Assembly: GCF_009914755.1 (NCBI RefSeq)
Contig: NC_060939.1
Direction: 5' to 3' (one strand)
Source of the DNA: the human T2T-CHM13v2.0 reference genome, Homo sapiens
DNA length: 64,000 nucleotides
Shown here: piece after piece, positions 35,575 to 52,333 of the stretch
Numbering within the stretch: the stretch's first letter is position 1
Layout of the letters: every line of letters starts with the position of its first letter
Made by a program: the position numbers and the translations under genes
The notes under the pieces: generated by a model
What the model saw: only the letters and a program-made list of their open reading frames with translations
Databases searched by the model: none
Told to the model about the DNA's origin: nothing

Positions 35575-36400
35575 CTGTGTGTGTCTGGATTTTTTTCACT
35601 TAGCATAATGTTCTACAGGTTCATCCACATCGTCACTAATGGAAGAATTTCTCTATTTTTTAAGGGCCAAATAGTATTCCACTGTGTGTATATATCACAT
35701 TTTGTGTATCTACTCATCTGATGACAAATACCTAGGTTGCTTCCGTGTCTTGGTTATTGTGAATAATGCTGCAATGAATTTGGAAGTACAGATATCTCTT
35801 TGACATATTGATTTCAATTTCTTTGGATATATGCCCAGAAGGGAAATTGCTTAATCATATGGTAATTCTATTTTAAGTGTTTTGTGGAACTTCTATACTG
35901 TTTTCCACGGTTATATTAATTTACATTTCCACCAACAGTGCACAAATGTTTACTTTTCTCTGCACCCTCAGCAATACTTATCTTTCATCTTTTTGGTGAT
36001 AGCCATTCTAACAGATATGAGGTGATACTTCATTCAGTTGAACTCTTAAAAGTAGAGAGTAGAATGGTGGTTAACTAAGGCTGGAGGGAAGAGGCGGCTG
36101 AGGGGAGGAGAGATGTTGATCAAAGGATACAACAATTCAGTTTGATGGAAGGAATAAGATTTAGTGATCTGTTTCATAGAATGGTGACTATAATAAATAA
36201 TAATGCACCACATATTTAGAAACTACTAAAAGCGTGGATTTCAAATGTTTTAACCACAAAAAATAAGTATAGGAGATGATGAATTTATTAATTAGCTTGA
36301 TTTAATCATTTCACAATGTAAATGATTATCAAAACATCACATTGTATCCCATAAATATATAATTATCATGTGTTCATTAGAAATAAAATTTAACAAATAA
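35575..36400. mobile_element. L1MA fragment with internal inversion (minus 35575-36035, plus 36036-36400)
   Basis: Antisense TATTGTGAATAATGCTGCAATGAA followed by sense AGTAGAGAGTAGAATGGTGGTT...AATAAA. Confidence 0.75.
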
Positions 36401-36624
36401 TAAAAGAGGTATATGTTCACAGAAAAAACTTGAATATGAAGTCTAATGTAGACTGGATGTTTTTAGTCAAATCATTAACTTTCTCTTCAACATATTGGAG
36501 ACAACATCACAAACACCTCTCTTTCCTATCCCCCTAATTTTTGTGCCTTAGTTAAAAATATGAAAATTTCAGAGTGTTGGCAGGTGATCAGGTTAAGTAA
36601 AGAAGTTTATGTTAAGTGGTGACT

Positions 36625-37045
36625 TTTTTTAATTTTTTATTTATTTTTTATTTATATGTATTTTTTATTATACTTTAAGTTCTAGGGCACATGTGCACAA
36701 TGTGCAGGTTTGTTACATATGTATGCATGTGCCATGTTGGTGTGCTGCACCCATTAACTCGTCATTTACATTAGGTATATATCCTAAAGTTATCCCTCCC
36801 TCCTCTCCCCACCCCACAACAGGCCCCGGTGTGTGATGTTCCCCTTCCTGTGTCCAAGTGTTCTCATTGTTCAATTCCCACCTATGAGTGAGAACATGCG
36901 GTGTTTGTTTTTTTGTCCTTGAGATAGTTTGCTGAGAATGATGGTTTCCAGCTTCATCCATGTCCCTACAAAGGACATGAACTCAAACATTTTTTGTGGC
37001 TGCATAGTATTCCATGGTGTATATGCACCACATTTTCTTAATCCA
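36625..37045 (-). mobile_element. L1PA 3' end, antisense, TSD GTGGTGACT
   Basis: T-rich tail, TATACTTTAAGTTCTAGGG, 3'UTR. Confidence 0.93.
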
Positions 37046-37844
37046 GGTGGTGACTGCTTTAAGGTAGCTTATATTTTGGTTGATAGAGTTGATTCCCTGG
37101 TATCCTATGTTTATTTTCTGTAACGGTAGATGTTTCTTCACTATAAGCTCAGAAAGCATAGAAGCCCAGGTTTGAGTAAGAAATATTTAATTATTTGGCA
37201 TATTTGAATGTATGCATGCCCTTCTATGCATTCTCTTCAGAGCTGGAACAGGAATTTCCCTTAAGAATCTATACCATTTCTAGTTTTTATTTGCTGCGCA
37301 CCATGAACACCTTACCAAGACTTAGTAATAAGGAAAATACAAATTAAAAAACATTCTTGTTTCAGTGACGGATTCTCGTTCTTTGATATTATAGATAAAG
37401 CAATTTAATTTTTGTGAGTACAGTGAGTAGATGCTGTTTTTCATTATAGAAAAACCTATAGTTGGCAAGGAAAAAACAGTTGATAAATTTAAAACACATT
37501 TAAGATACATAAAGTTGCATTAGGATAAAGCCAAAATACAAATTAGAAACATGGGTCTTAGCTTTGTACATACCAACTGAATTACATATAGTTTTAGGAC
37601 TTAAAAAATCTCCAAAATGGAAAAATGATACATAGATGAATAAAAATTGTACAGATCTTACCTACGATGAAACTTAGGACTTTGTATACTTTTTGCTTTG
37701 AGATAGGATCAGGGCTCTTTGTGTGTAATGAGTCACGCTTTTATGAGTAAGAAGCCAAGTGCTCAGACATCACCAGAAAATAGTTTTTTTTTTAAATGAG
37801 AGAAATTTTGCATTTCTTATGGAATAATTGTAGAAGAATGTATA

Positions 37845-38810
37845 TCATTTCAGTGTGTTCCAAGATATTTCTTTTGATGGCACTCCCAGCACTTTTTTAA
37901 GGGCATCTGTCATATCTTTGTTCCAGAGACTGTAGGTCAGGGGATTAAAGAATGGGGTTGCTGTGCAGTAAAACAATGTCACAAATTTCTGTGTCCCAGG
38001 GTGGCTCCTGGAGCCTGGACTCACATACATCACCATGACTGAGCCATAGAAGAAAGAAACAACCAAGAAATGGGAAGCACATGTAGAGAAAGCTTTGTTC
38101 CTGCCTGAGCCAGCTGGGACCCACAGAACAGCTCGCAAAACTAAGATATGGGACCCAAGAATGTAGAGGAAGGTGATGAAGATGATGAGAGAGCTTACTG
38201 TAGCACAAGTCAGAGTAGTTTTGGGAACTGGGGCACAGGACAGTGCCAGCAATGGTCCCAGGTTACAGAAAAAATGGTCAGTGATGTTAGGGCCACAGAA
38301 AGGCACTCGGGACATAAGCACTGCAGGCATCAGTATGGATAGAAAACCACCTGCCCTGAAGGCCACTAATCGGACACACAGGTGGTGAGTCATGACTGTG
38401 GGATAATGCAAAGGTCGACAGATGGTAAGGAACCGATCAAAGGACATCACAGACAGAAAGTAGCCCTCTGCAGCACACATGGAGAAGTAGAAGAACTGGA
38501 GCAGGCAGCCAGCATAGGAGATGCTCTTGATATGGGAGATGAGATTGGCCAACATTTTGGGACATCAGAACTAATGCAGCAGATCTCCAGGAAAGAGAAA
38601 TTAGCCAAGAGGATGTACATAGGTGTGTGGAGTTTCTGGCTTGACCACACAGCGCAGATGATGGATGTGTTACCCATGAGGGTCAGAAGGTAGATGAGGG
38701 AGAAGACCACAAAGAGGAGGATCTTGGTCTCCCTGCAGCAGGCAGGGGAAGCCCAGGAGGATAAATTCACTCACAGGCCCAGAAATGTTATTGGCTTCTA
38801 CGACACTCAT
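37845..38810 (-). pseudogene. OR11J5P: Olfactory receptor family 11 (OR11J-type) pseudogene
   Basis: ATG at 38810 (MSVVEANNISGPVSEFILLGFPC). A 4-nt duplication (~38740) and a 1-nt deletion (~38556) break the frame. OR motifs LHTPMY, MSFDRF, KAFSTCASH, PFFNP. The symbol rests on recalled synteny and the copy is uncertain. Confidence 0.92.
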
Positions 38811-40519
38811 TCTTCTAATCTATGAAGGAAATGAACGATAGGGACCACTACAATAGCCATTTTCTCTCTCTTAAAGTGTTATATTTATTTCTTTTGACTC
38901 CAAGACAATCTTTTAATGCACTTTTGTGAAAAGTTCCATATAGTTCTCAATTCAATAACTCACCTCCCATCTTTGTCTTAGTTCAATGAAATCAGGGTTA
39001 TGGGAGAATGTGGCTCAACATGTTACTACGTGATCCCACAGCCTCCACTATATCATATCTCTGTTTTTCAGAGTGTAAGTTTCATTGACATCACATAACA
39101 TAGGGTCCAAACGACTTTCTCTATTTGCATTTAAATTAATTCTGCTTTGATGTAATGTTTTGTAATACACATATTCAAATATTTATACATATAATTTCTC
39201 CCTATTAGAAAATTTTGTATTGTATTTTGAAAAATTCTAAGAAAAATCAGTTTAAACATAATCTAAAATTGAATTAGGTGAGTACAAAAAGAGAACCTCA
39301 TTATGTTGTCAATAAATTATGTTTTTAGGAGATCTGTCCTGGATAGTTCTGTTGACTGAAGTAGGGTACTGAGGATGCTGCCACAGATTTCATGCTAGCA
39401 CGTGTTTGTTTGTTCCGTATAGTGGCATTTAACTTCTATTTGCTGAGCAACAGCTAATTTGACACAGAAAAGTTGCCTTCAACCCTTTACTAGGAAGATC
39501 TTGCTCTATGATAGAAAAACAGCAAGAGGCAGATGGAAAAACATCTATTTCCTTAGCTCAGATGCCTTCTCATCTTGTTACTATACTGGTGATGAATTAT
39601 CTTATATTAAAAAATAAACCATAAATTTAACTGTAAAAATGTGAGAGGAATACACCAGTGTAGAATGTTAGTGTCAGAAAGGACCTCTAGTCTTATTAAG
39701 CTCAATTTCCTCGTATCACAGAAACTGAGACCAGAGAGGTTAGAATGATCCAAAGTTATGTTGGCTGTTAGAAGAAAGAGGCCTAAAACTTAGGTGTTCA
39801 TATATTCAGTTCAGACTTTTTCTCATAAGCCTCTGCTATTGTGGGACCCTGCTTTTTTTGTCAGCTCAGATGGTTGCAAAAGTATATTGTGTATGTATTA
39901 TACTGTTCCTTCCTTTGAATTAGATCCCTATTTATAATAAAGGAGGACATTAACCAGGTTACTAACCAAAGCTGACAATTGCTACATCATATCCCCTATT
40001 CACCTTTGACCTGCCCTTTGCCCTAATTCTTGGCACCATTTATGGCATCAATCTACTTTTGGACACTTTCTTTAAAGAACATTTGACTTCTAAGATAGTA
40101 AGCATAACAACAACCACTGTCATGTATTAAATGTTTATTGTGACAGTTACATAATGTTCATTATCTCATTAAATCCTCCTCCCCTCTCCTCTCCAGTTTT
40201 AGAGTAGAAAAACACTCTCACATGTTTAAATGTACCATTTAAATTCTATTGTGCTTCTAAATACATTGAATCTAAAATTAAAGTTTTTATTCTGTCCAGC
40301 TTTCAGCTATGTATATAATGTGCTAGCTGTTTTCTCTCATTGCATCTGATTCCATTTGTTCACATGTAACTTGCTTCTATCTAATTTTTGCTTGTGAATT
40401 TGAAAGATTTGCCTCTGGACATCTGTGTTAGGAACTGAGGTTATATATCATAGGAAAATATTATTTACATATTTCTTATAGATTATGTAGTTTACATTAG
40501 ATACATCACCTGAGGCCAG

Positions 40520-42352
<1,833 letters not shown>

Positions 42353-42354
42353 CC

Positions 42355-45300
42355 AAATGCTTTTTCTGAATCTATGGAGATTATATGTTTTTAGTATTTT
42401 TGTTAATGTGGTGTACTACATTTATTGATTTGCATATGTTGAATCATCCCTGCATCTCAAGGATAAATCTCTCTTGATCATGAGGTGTGATACTTTTAAT
42501 GTGCTGTTGAATTCTGTTTGTGAGTATTTAAGTTTGTTGAGAATTTTTGCATCTTTATTCATCAAGAATATTGACCTGTAATTTTCTTATCTTATAAAGT
42601 CTTTGGCTTTGATATCACAGAAATACTAGCCTCATTTAATGAGTTTGGAAATGTGGTTTTTCTTCAATAATTTGGAAGAGTATATAAAGAACTGGTATTT
42701 TAAAAAAATGTTTGGTGGCATTTATTAACAAAGCCATCTCTTCCTGAGCTTCTTTGCTGAGAGGTTTTTAATCAGTTTTTTATTGCTGATTCAATCTTCT
42801 TATTCATTATTGGTCTGTTTAAATTTTCGGTTTCTTCATGATTCAGTCATAGGAGGGTGTACATTTCCAGAAATTTATCATTTCTTCTTGGCCTTCCAAT
42901 TTATTGTCAAATAATTGTTTATAGTAATCCCTTATGATCATTTGTATTTTTATGGCATGAGTTGTATTGTTTCTTCTTTCATTTCTGATTTTATTTATTT
43001 GAGTCTTCTCTATTTTTTCTTGGTTAGTCTAGCTAAGATTTGCCAACATTATTTTACATTTCATCGATTATTTCTATTGTTTTCCTATTCTGTATTTGAT
43101 TTATTTAATTTCTGTTCTAATCTCTGTTATTTAATTCCTTTGGTAAATTTGGGCTTAATTTGTTCCTTTTTACTTCCTTGAAGTTTAAAGTAAGGTGGGT
43201 TTGTTTTTGGACATTTTTCTTATGTTTAGAGTAGATGTTTATTGCTATACTGCCTCAATACCACTTTAGCTGCATCCATAAGTTTTGTTATTTTGCGTTT
43301 TTGGTCTTTTTTTATATGTAGATACATTCTAATTTCCCTCGATATCTTTTTGACATAATGGTTTTTCAAGAGTGTATTGATTTCCACATATTTGTGAATT
43401 TTCTAGTTTTGCTTGTTATTGATTTTAGTTTTATATCATTATAGATAGAAAAGATACTTTTCCTACTTACATAATTTCTATATTCTTAAATTTACTTGTG
43501 CTTGTTATGTGGCCTAACAGATGACCTATCCTTAAAAATGTTATATAGTCACTTGAGAAGAATGTGTATTCTGCTGTCACTGGATAGTTCTGTACATGTC
43601 TATGAGGTCCTTTTGTTTTATAGGATGTTTAAGATTGCTGTTTCCCTACTGGTTTTCTGCTAGAGATTCATTCCCATTATTGAAAGTGGCGTAATGTTGT
43701 GTCTCATTGTTATTTTATTGCTGTCTATTTCTCCCTTCAAATCTGTCAATGTTTGCCTTATATATAGTTAGGTACTCTGATCTTGGGTGCCTATACATTT
43801 ATAGTTGTTCTAACATCCTGATAATTGACCTTTTTATCATTATATAATGACCTTTTTTATTTCATGTGACAGTTTTTAACCTAAAGTCTATTTGGCCTGG
43901 TATAAATTTAGCCACTCCTGCTGTCTTTTCGTTATGATTTGCATGGAATATTTTTTTCCCTCCCTTCACTTTCAGCCTTTGGGCATCCTTGAATCTATAG
44001 TCTCTTGTTGACAGCCTATAGTTTGATTTTATTTTTTAATGCATTTGGACGTTCTTTGTCTTTTGACTGGGGAATTTTTAATCCATTTACAGTCAGCTGG
44101 ATGTAGGTTCCACATCCACAGAGTCAACCAACCATGCATAAAAAAAATCACACACCCCCATAAAAATAACAATGATAAAAAATGGAATAATAAAAGTAAT
44201 GCAAACTAGATGGTGTAACAGGTATTTATATACTGTTTACATTCTATTAGATATGATAAGTAATCTAGAGATGGTTTAAAGTATAGGGGATGGTGTGCAT
44301 GGGTTATATGCAAATACTATATCACTTAATATAAAGGACTTTAGCATCCATAAATTTTGGTATCCACAGGCGATCTTGAAACCCATCTTTCATGGATACT
44401 GTGGGACAACTGTATTTACAAAGTTGTATTAATAAGTAAGGACTTGCTATGGCACTTCATTTTATTTTTTCTGTCTGTGTTATAATTCTTCTTTCTTTTT
44501 TCTCTTGCTGTTTTCTTCTGTGTTCATTGATATTTTTGTATTGATATGTATTTATTTCCTTTTCTTTTTCTTTTGTATATTTTCTGTAGTATTTTATTTT
44601 TTTGGTTACCTTGGGGCTTATGTAAAACATCATATATATGGAGGCAAAGTTTATTCTAAGCTAATAACAACTCATCTTTAATCACATAAAAAATTCTGCA
44701 CTTCTCCCACTTTGTTATTGATGTCACAATTACATCTTTTATATGTGTATATCTACTATTATACTTCTGTAGTTATAGTAATTTCTACTTTGTTGTCTTT
44801 TGACTTTCATATTAGAAAAAGGTGCACCACCATTACAATGTTGCACAATTTTGTATTTGTTTAAAAAATTAGCTTTTTCAGTAAGTTTTATATTTTAATA
44901 TGCTTAGTTATGCTTAGTTTTGCTATTTAGTATTATTTTGTTTGAGTTAAAGAGCTCACCTGTCATTTATTTTATGACAAATCTAGTGGTGATGAAGTTG
45001 TCTCTCTCAGCTTTTGCTTGAGAAAGTCTTTATCTATTCTTCATTTTTGAAGAAAATTTTTTTCCAGAAATTGCATTCTTGGTTGAGAATTTCTCTCTTT
45101 CAGCATTGTCTTGCTTCTTCAAAATTCACTCTTTTTGACTTTTGACATATAATTATAATATGTCTTTGTGTGGACTTCCCTTGAATTTGTTTTATTTCAG
45201 TTGCATTTGGCCTCATGTATCTGTATGTCCTTTTTCTTCTACAGATTTGGCAAGCTTTTAGCCAGCACTGTACTTTCCTTCTTATTTTTCTCTTCTCCAT

Positions 45301-45640
45301 CTGGAACTTTTGTGATCAGTATATTATTTCACTTTATGATGTCCCTTAAGTCCGTAGGTTCATTGGCTCTTTTTTATTCTTTTTTCTTTTGCTCCTTTGT
45401 CTATGTAATTTGAAATGACTGGTGTCTGGATTAGCTGATTCCTTCTTCTGTTTGATCAAGTCTACTTGTGAACACCCCCTAGTGATTTTTTTTATTTCCG
45501 TCATAGAATTCTTAGCTCCAGAATTTCTAATTGTTTCTTCTTGTAAAATTTCTATATCTTTACTTCAATATTTTTATCTTGCTCATCTATCATTGTTGTG
45601 ATTTCATTTAATTGTGTCTCAGTGTTCTCTTGTGGCATGC
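42355..45640 (-). mobile_element. Old L1M ORF2/ORF1 body, antisense, interrupted by MER2
   Basis: ATTGATTTGCATATGTTGAATCATCCCTGCATC, CTTGAGAAGAATGTGTATTCTGCT, T-rich skew. Confidence 0.8.
44090..44412. mobile_element. MER2 (TcMar-Tigger)
   Basis: AAGTAATCTAGAGATGGTTTAAAGTATA...GGATACTGTGGGACAACTG. Confidence 0.8.
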
Positions 45641-46166
45641 TGAATTATCATGGAGCCCCAGAGCTCTCCTTTCCTCATGTGTGCTTCTTCTTTCATATGT
45701 GATAACTATAATGAACTTTAACAAATCTCAAATTCGAGTACATTCCCAATCACCTTCTAAAAGTAACCTCCTAACCTCCACTGATTCCTCAGATGTGGTA
45801 GTTTGAAAGTTGTTCCCATAGATTTCAACTACAGGCCAACCAGAGGGGACCCATGGCCACTAGAATGGTCCAGTGACCTTTATACTTCAGTGTGTGTAAG
45901 AATCACCTGGGATCCTATTTAACATTCAAGTTTCTGAGCCTTCCCCTAGCCAGTAGATTTTATATACAAAATGTGAGGGAACCATTACCCTTTTCAAGTG
46001 ATTAAAAAAAAATCAGAGGTGAAGCAATTAGATTTGGCTACATTTAATTTGATGTTTTATCTTTCAAGAGATTGGGATGGTTCTAGTGAAAATTATAGCT
46101 AATCTGAATACGGCTTCTAACTGTTACTGGGTGTTTATGTCATTTCTTTACTCTGATCAACAATAT

Positions 46167-46480
46167 TGGGCAGGTGTAGTGGCTCACGCCCATAATCTCA
46201 GCACTTTGAGAAGCCAAGGCGGGAGGTTCACTTGAGCCCAGGAGTTTGAGACCAGCCTGGACAACCTGGGGAGACCTCCATCTCTGCAAAATAAAACAAA
46301 CAAACAGACAGACATAAAAACACCTAGCTGGGCGTGTTGGTATACACCTTTGGTCCCAGCTACTTGGGAAGCTGAGGTAGGAGGATTGCTTGAGCCACAA
46401 GGTCAATGCTCCAGTGAGCCGTGATTGTGTCACTGCACTCTAGCCTGGAAAACAGAGCAAGACCCTGTCTCAAAAAACAA
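46167..46480 (+). mobile_element. AluJ
   Basis: CTTGAGCCCAGGAGTTTGAGACCAGCCTGG, GGAGGATTGCTTGAGCC. Confidence 0.9.
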
Positions 46481-49279
46481 ACAGCATACGTCTTATTGTT
46501 TTGTTCGCTTATTTCTGAAATAATCTCTTTAGTAAAGCACTATACTTGATAAACAGTCTGATTTAATGAATAAGGATTTAAACTTTAGATTTTGGAGAGA
46601 CAAGATTAACTAACCGTTGATCACAAGGAGCACACTGTGCAACAAGCTACTCTGATAGGACAAAAGTCCTAGGAGGGCTATATAAGCAAAATCTCACTCA
46701 AGGACTGAACTTTAAGCCCTATTCACTTTTAGCTAATCAAGTGATGGGCAAGTTGACATCTATAGGGAAGAGAGAAGAGGATGTGTTTCTGAGCTTTCCT
46801 TCTTCAGTCAGGCAACTCTGTGATTCATTAATTTCCTCCCTTCCTCCTCCACACCCTGGCATGTTGGCCCATAGCCACAAGGTGGCAGGATAACCAGTAA
46901 CATTTTATTTAAGCCAACTGAAGCCCTGCAGGGGCTTTGAAGTTCACACACACTGTCCACCTTCCACATACTGATGCTGGGAGCAATTTAGAGCAAACAT
47001 CATCCAGAGTCATATTACTAGATGACTGGATTGCTTCTTTTGTCCCTCAATCCTGCTCTCCTTTCAGTGCTAACTCAAGGAAACACTAAGTTTACACTTT
47101 GCAGGAGCCCCTGGAATAGTTAAAGCTTTAAACCATTTCACATCCAACTCAATGATCTGTTACAAAAAATACCTGTTGATTTTCTGTCATTTTAATGGAT
47201 ACCTAGCTTCCTTTTATAAATTGGCATTACAATAGTCTGGTATTAGTATTGATCTGGAATCTATGTGCTTCCAGATCAGTCCCATTCCTTTTACTTTTAG
47301 AATAAGACAAAATGTAGCTCAGACACCATTCTTCCATGAAACCACATCTCTCTAAGAAGATGCTGGAAAGTCAGTCTTTCTCAAAAAGTTTTCCCCTCAA
47401 GTTTCAACACATTACTCCACTGTAAGTTTAGACAGTATAAATATGTATAAAATATATATATATAATATATATATATTTTAGTATAATATTATGCTTCAGC
47501 TTTTCCTGCATGTTTTTCTTTCTTTTCTCTTACACCCTTCTCTGTGATCTCATCTGACAATCACTACCATGGCAACCAAGCCTCTGTGACGTTCCAGCAA
47601 GCTCATTGTCTTCTCTTCACTAAACTTTAGTTAGTAGTTGGTCCCAGTCAGTAACACTCTGGGAGGGCTCAGGCCACATCATGAAATGTGACAGGATAGC
47701 CTTGAACTCATCAATTGCTGGGTAAGAAAGAATTTTAATGCAATGGCAAACAACCAATCAAACAAGCAAACAAAAACAATAAACCCTTCCTTGAGGACCA
47801 AGAAGACATTGATTAGCTAACCTAAGAGCTCCAGGTGGAGACCTAGGTCCTGATTGGGTTTCTGAATTTGACCACTAGGCAGAAAACTAGCACCCAAAAC
47901 CAGTTGGAATAAAATTACCCACCTACAGTGGAGCCAAGGCCCCCAGATCCTTTTTGTCAGGTAAGAATAGGTTGAAATAACCTGGCTGGTTGTGGGACAG
48001 GCCCCCTCTGTGAGTGGTGCAGTTAAGGACACCCAGACTGCCCTTTCACTCTGCTTTCCCTGGGGTAATGTGTATGGCTCCTAGTCTTTCACGTTCTCTT
48101 CTGTAATTCGGGAGGAGGAAGAGAAGATACTCACTGCACATATTGTGTCAGTTAATACTAATCTGAGAGCAATAATTTACGATCTTTTGAGGTGAGGTTT
48201 GATTTTTACCACTGTGCTGTTCCTGTCTCCTAATATGTTGTATCAGATTGTAACTAAGTTGAGGTGAGAATTAATTGAGGACTATATATTTGAGCCTCCT
48301 TAGAATCTCACCCACCTTTGAGATAACTTCATGTTTTAGGTTTTCTCAAGTCAGAGTGTTGAGTCCTTAAATCAGTATATGCTGGGCAGTGAAAAAACAC
48401 TGGTACACTTTGATTGCCTAAGCTTAGTGAACAGCAGGGGCGGTGGGAGGCAGGCCTTTTTAACACCTGTCTTTGCTGAGTTTCATGCTGAAAAAGCCTT
48501 GAGGCTCAGACTCAGCCCACAGGTCTCTGCACTCCCTCCATCTCCCTTCTGCCCTTTCCATGCATAGCCTTCACAGCAGTTTTTTGTGAATTATTTATTT
48601 TTTGAGCTCTCTCTTAAGGTTAATTTTTCTTAAGAAATATTTACTCTCAATATTATAAAGGTGTAGAAGTTTATTGTAGAGAAATGTGGGAAAACATATT
48701 GGCAAAAAGAATATAAGGATAAAACCATTTAAGGTTTCCCCTTCCATCTATACTTATATTTATAGTTGGGCTCTAATGGCATTTAAATGCAAAATGTAAT
48801 ATACATGTTTATTTATATTTTTAAAATATTAATAATTGATTAGTTAATTCAACAATAATAATTGTTAACATTCCAGACACTACTATAAATACTCATGAAT
48901 ACAGCAGTGAACAAAATGGATAAAAATTCCTGACTTGTGGAAGTTATATTGTAATGGGGGAAGACGGGGTAAATAAACTATGTGGCATGCTTGGGGGGCG
49001 ATGAGTAAAGATGGAGAAAAATTAGAAGGTTCAGGTCAATAGGAAGTGTGTGTTGGAGGTGACAGGTGGCAGGTGTACATTTTTCCCTCAGCTTAATTAA
49101 GGTTTAATTTGAAAACATTGTATATATTTATGGTATACAAGGTGATATTTTGATATATGTGTACATTGCAAAATGATTAAATCAAACTGATTAACATATC
49201 TGTCACCTCACATGCTTGTCATTTTATTGTTGTGAGAACATTTAAGATCAACTCTCTTAGCAATTTTCAAGTATTCTTT

Positions 49280-49590
49280 TGGCCCTTAGTATCTGTGGTT
49301 CTGCATCTGCAGATTCAATCAATCACAGATGGAAAATATTTAGAAAAAAATAAAAATAACAATATGACAAAAAATAATTCAAATATATAGTATAACAACT
49401 ATTTACATAGCATTTACATTGTCTTAGCTACTATAAGAAATGTAGACATTATTTAAACTACATGGAAGGATGTGTGTAAGTTATATGCAAATACTGCACC
49501 ATTTTATATGAGGCGGTTGAGCATCTGCTGATTTTGTTGTCTCCAGGGTGAGCTGGAACTAGTCTTCCCTAGATATAAAGAGACAACTGA
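49280..49590. mobile_element. MER2 nested in an antisense L1MA 3' fragment (49090-49705)
   Basis: CTGCAGATTCAATCAATCACAGATGGAAAATATTT...ACAACTATTTACATAGCATTTACATT. Confidence 0.78.
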
Positions 49591-52333
49591 ACAATATGTT
49601 ATTATTAATTACAGTCACCATGCTATACAGTACATCTCCAGATCTTATTGATCTTGTTTAGCTGAGACTTTGAACTCTTTAACCAATATCTCCCCATCCC
49701 CACTGGGTGTAATTTTCAATAGCTAGTCAGGGAAGGCCTCACTGAGAAGGTGATATTTGAGAAAAGACTTGAAGTGTTGGGGCAAGAAATATAAATATCT
49801 AGCAAAAGAGCATTACAGGCAGAGGAGATGGTATGTATAGGCGCCACAAGGCAGGGGGATGGCTGGCATGCTTAACACACAGCAAGAAAGCCTCATCTCT
49901 TCTTCATGCCTGCCTCACATTCAATATATTTAAATATGGTTCCCTCCCCATCGTAACCCTGCAATGGCCATTGCAGAAATCACCAATAACATTCATGTGT
50001 CTAAGTCTTATGGACATTTTTTTTTCAAGATGTATCTCTTCTCAGCAGAATTCAGCACTGCTGTTCCAACACATTTTTTCCTTTGGCTTCAGTGTCAACT
50101 CTATTCTACTTTGCCTCCTGATTGCCCAGAAAACTCCCACATTTCTGGCTACAACTCCTCTATTTGATTTGTGGGCTTCTTTTCCTTTATTTGGCCATTA
50201 AATTCTGAAGCTCTGTGAGGCTGAGTTCCAGGCCTTCACATCTTTCAATGCTATACTATTGTCTAGGTCATTTTCTTCTCCAAAGCTTTGGTTATTACTT
50301 ATTTGCCAATGAGTATATCAAATTGTTAATACAAATTGCATCCTCAGAGTTCCAGATGACAACTGCTACATGGTATTAATATTTGACTGCTGGATGATAG
50401 TTTTACTTGAATGTTTCAGGGGCACCTCAAACTCAACTCCAAAATTGATCTAATGAACTTTCCCAAACCACATTCCCTTCTTGCATTTCTGAGAGAATGG
50501 ATTCCCATTCATCTGACTACAGTGCTACCCTGAAAGCAGATCCAGAGACTAAGATTCACCTGCAGGTGATTCATTTGGTAGGTATCAGAATCTCTGGTAG
50601 GAGAACTGGGAAGTGGGGCAAAGACCCTTATAAAGAGTGAACTATGAAGCAGTTACCAGAATGGATAACTGTGGATTAAACTTGGAATAACTCTGAGATC
50701 CAGTGTAGATAACTCATCTCAGAAACATGCTGAGAGATAAAGGGTATTCGTACAACAGTTTCTGATAGTCATTAGTTATGGACTGTCTCCTAGCGGCATT
50801 GATTCCTCAGCATGCCCAACCTGCAGCAGGGACAGCAAAAGCGGCTTCTGTGATCAGAGAAAGCCCTCAGGTAAGGAAATGCAGGGGTGAATGCTGGAAG
50901 TCAGGCTGGCATGCACTGAAGTATTAGGGTGAGGCGCCATGGCAAGGTATCTGACCATCTTTCTAACCGTTCACCTCCATTTCCAATCTTTAAATACATT
51001 TTACTTCCCAAATATGTAATAATATGCATTTCCTTCAATTTCTACCACCACCTCTACTGACTGCCTCCATCTTTTTCAAATATACTTGCCTCATTCAGCA
51101 CATTCACATTGTGCAACCACCACCTCTTTTGAGCTCCAAAACACTGCCATCACCCCATAGAAAACCCCAGTCCTCTTCCCCTCCATCCATGGCCGCCACC
51201 TGGAGTGTGTTTGGCCCATGGAGGACACTGCACATTGTTGGTGGGCATGATTAAATAGTTGCTGCTTTTCTGCAGTTATCACTGTATTTTGAGTGAAAGT
51301 TTCATAATTTTCAGTGTTTTATCTGGGTTGATAGGATCCAATTTTAGTTTTTGAGTTTCTTTTTTGAGCAACTATAACAATTTTAAGGATTAACATGTCA
51401 TGACATTTATTCTTTACTAGAGGTCTTCCAAAGAACAAAGATAAATTTACTTATTTTAAAAACAGAATAAAATTCATCCTGTCTTGCAAAAATACACAAA
51501 AAAACAAAAACAAATATACTTGCCTCATAATTAGTTTCACATTTACCCTTGTCCTTCTCTAAACTCTTCACTACCGTGGCCACAGTTACTGTTTCAAAAA
51601 GGGAGATGAAATCATGTCATATTCTATTCTCTGTGCCTGAAATCCACTTTTCACCCTCATCTCCCTTTATTTAAAGTATGTTATTCATTTTTCTAGGGTC
51701 TCAACTCAAGCATTCCTTTCTCAAGAAGCCTTTTATGGTATGAAGAGTGAGACAGAGTTCCCTGCGCCACCTCCATTGAATCATGTTAGGCCTTAATGTA
51801 CCTTTCCTTTATAACACTTACTGAATGATTAATTTGGCATTTATTTACCTGGCTATTTTATTCAGTGTTTAGGATTTATACTAGACTGTAAGCTCCTCAA
51901 GAGTGTTCCAGGTCTAGTTTAGGTCAACATGTATCCCTGATTAGTACCACACATCCCAGTGCACCATGGTTCTCAACAAATAACATGTTATATAAATCAA
52001 TAAATGACAGGAACAAAGATGTTTTTCAATTTGTATTACAATGTTTTCTACTATCTGGCAGAATCTTAGTAGGATTTAATAGAAATCAGGCAATGTCTAC
52101 TCCTTAACCTGACTTTGAGAGAGAAACACTGATTTTTAAGAATCACTCCCAATTCTGACTTTTTCTCATCATTATGTGGGTGAGGTAGAGATATTTCTGA
52201 GGCTTTTTTGTTCAGGAACTTGTCTCCTTGGACATTTTAACTAGGTCATCACTAGATCATTGCTACATGAAGTATGGTCTATTGACCGGCAACATCAGTG
52301 TCAGCTGGAGACTTTTAGAAATGCAGAATCTCC

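Noticed and set aside
37845-38810. Compensating frameshifts (+4, -1) restoring an intact OR
   Set aside because: The net frame is restored, but the shifted interval contains a TAA and scrambles TM1-TM2.
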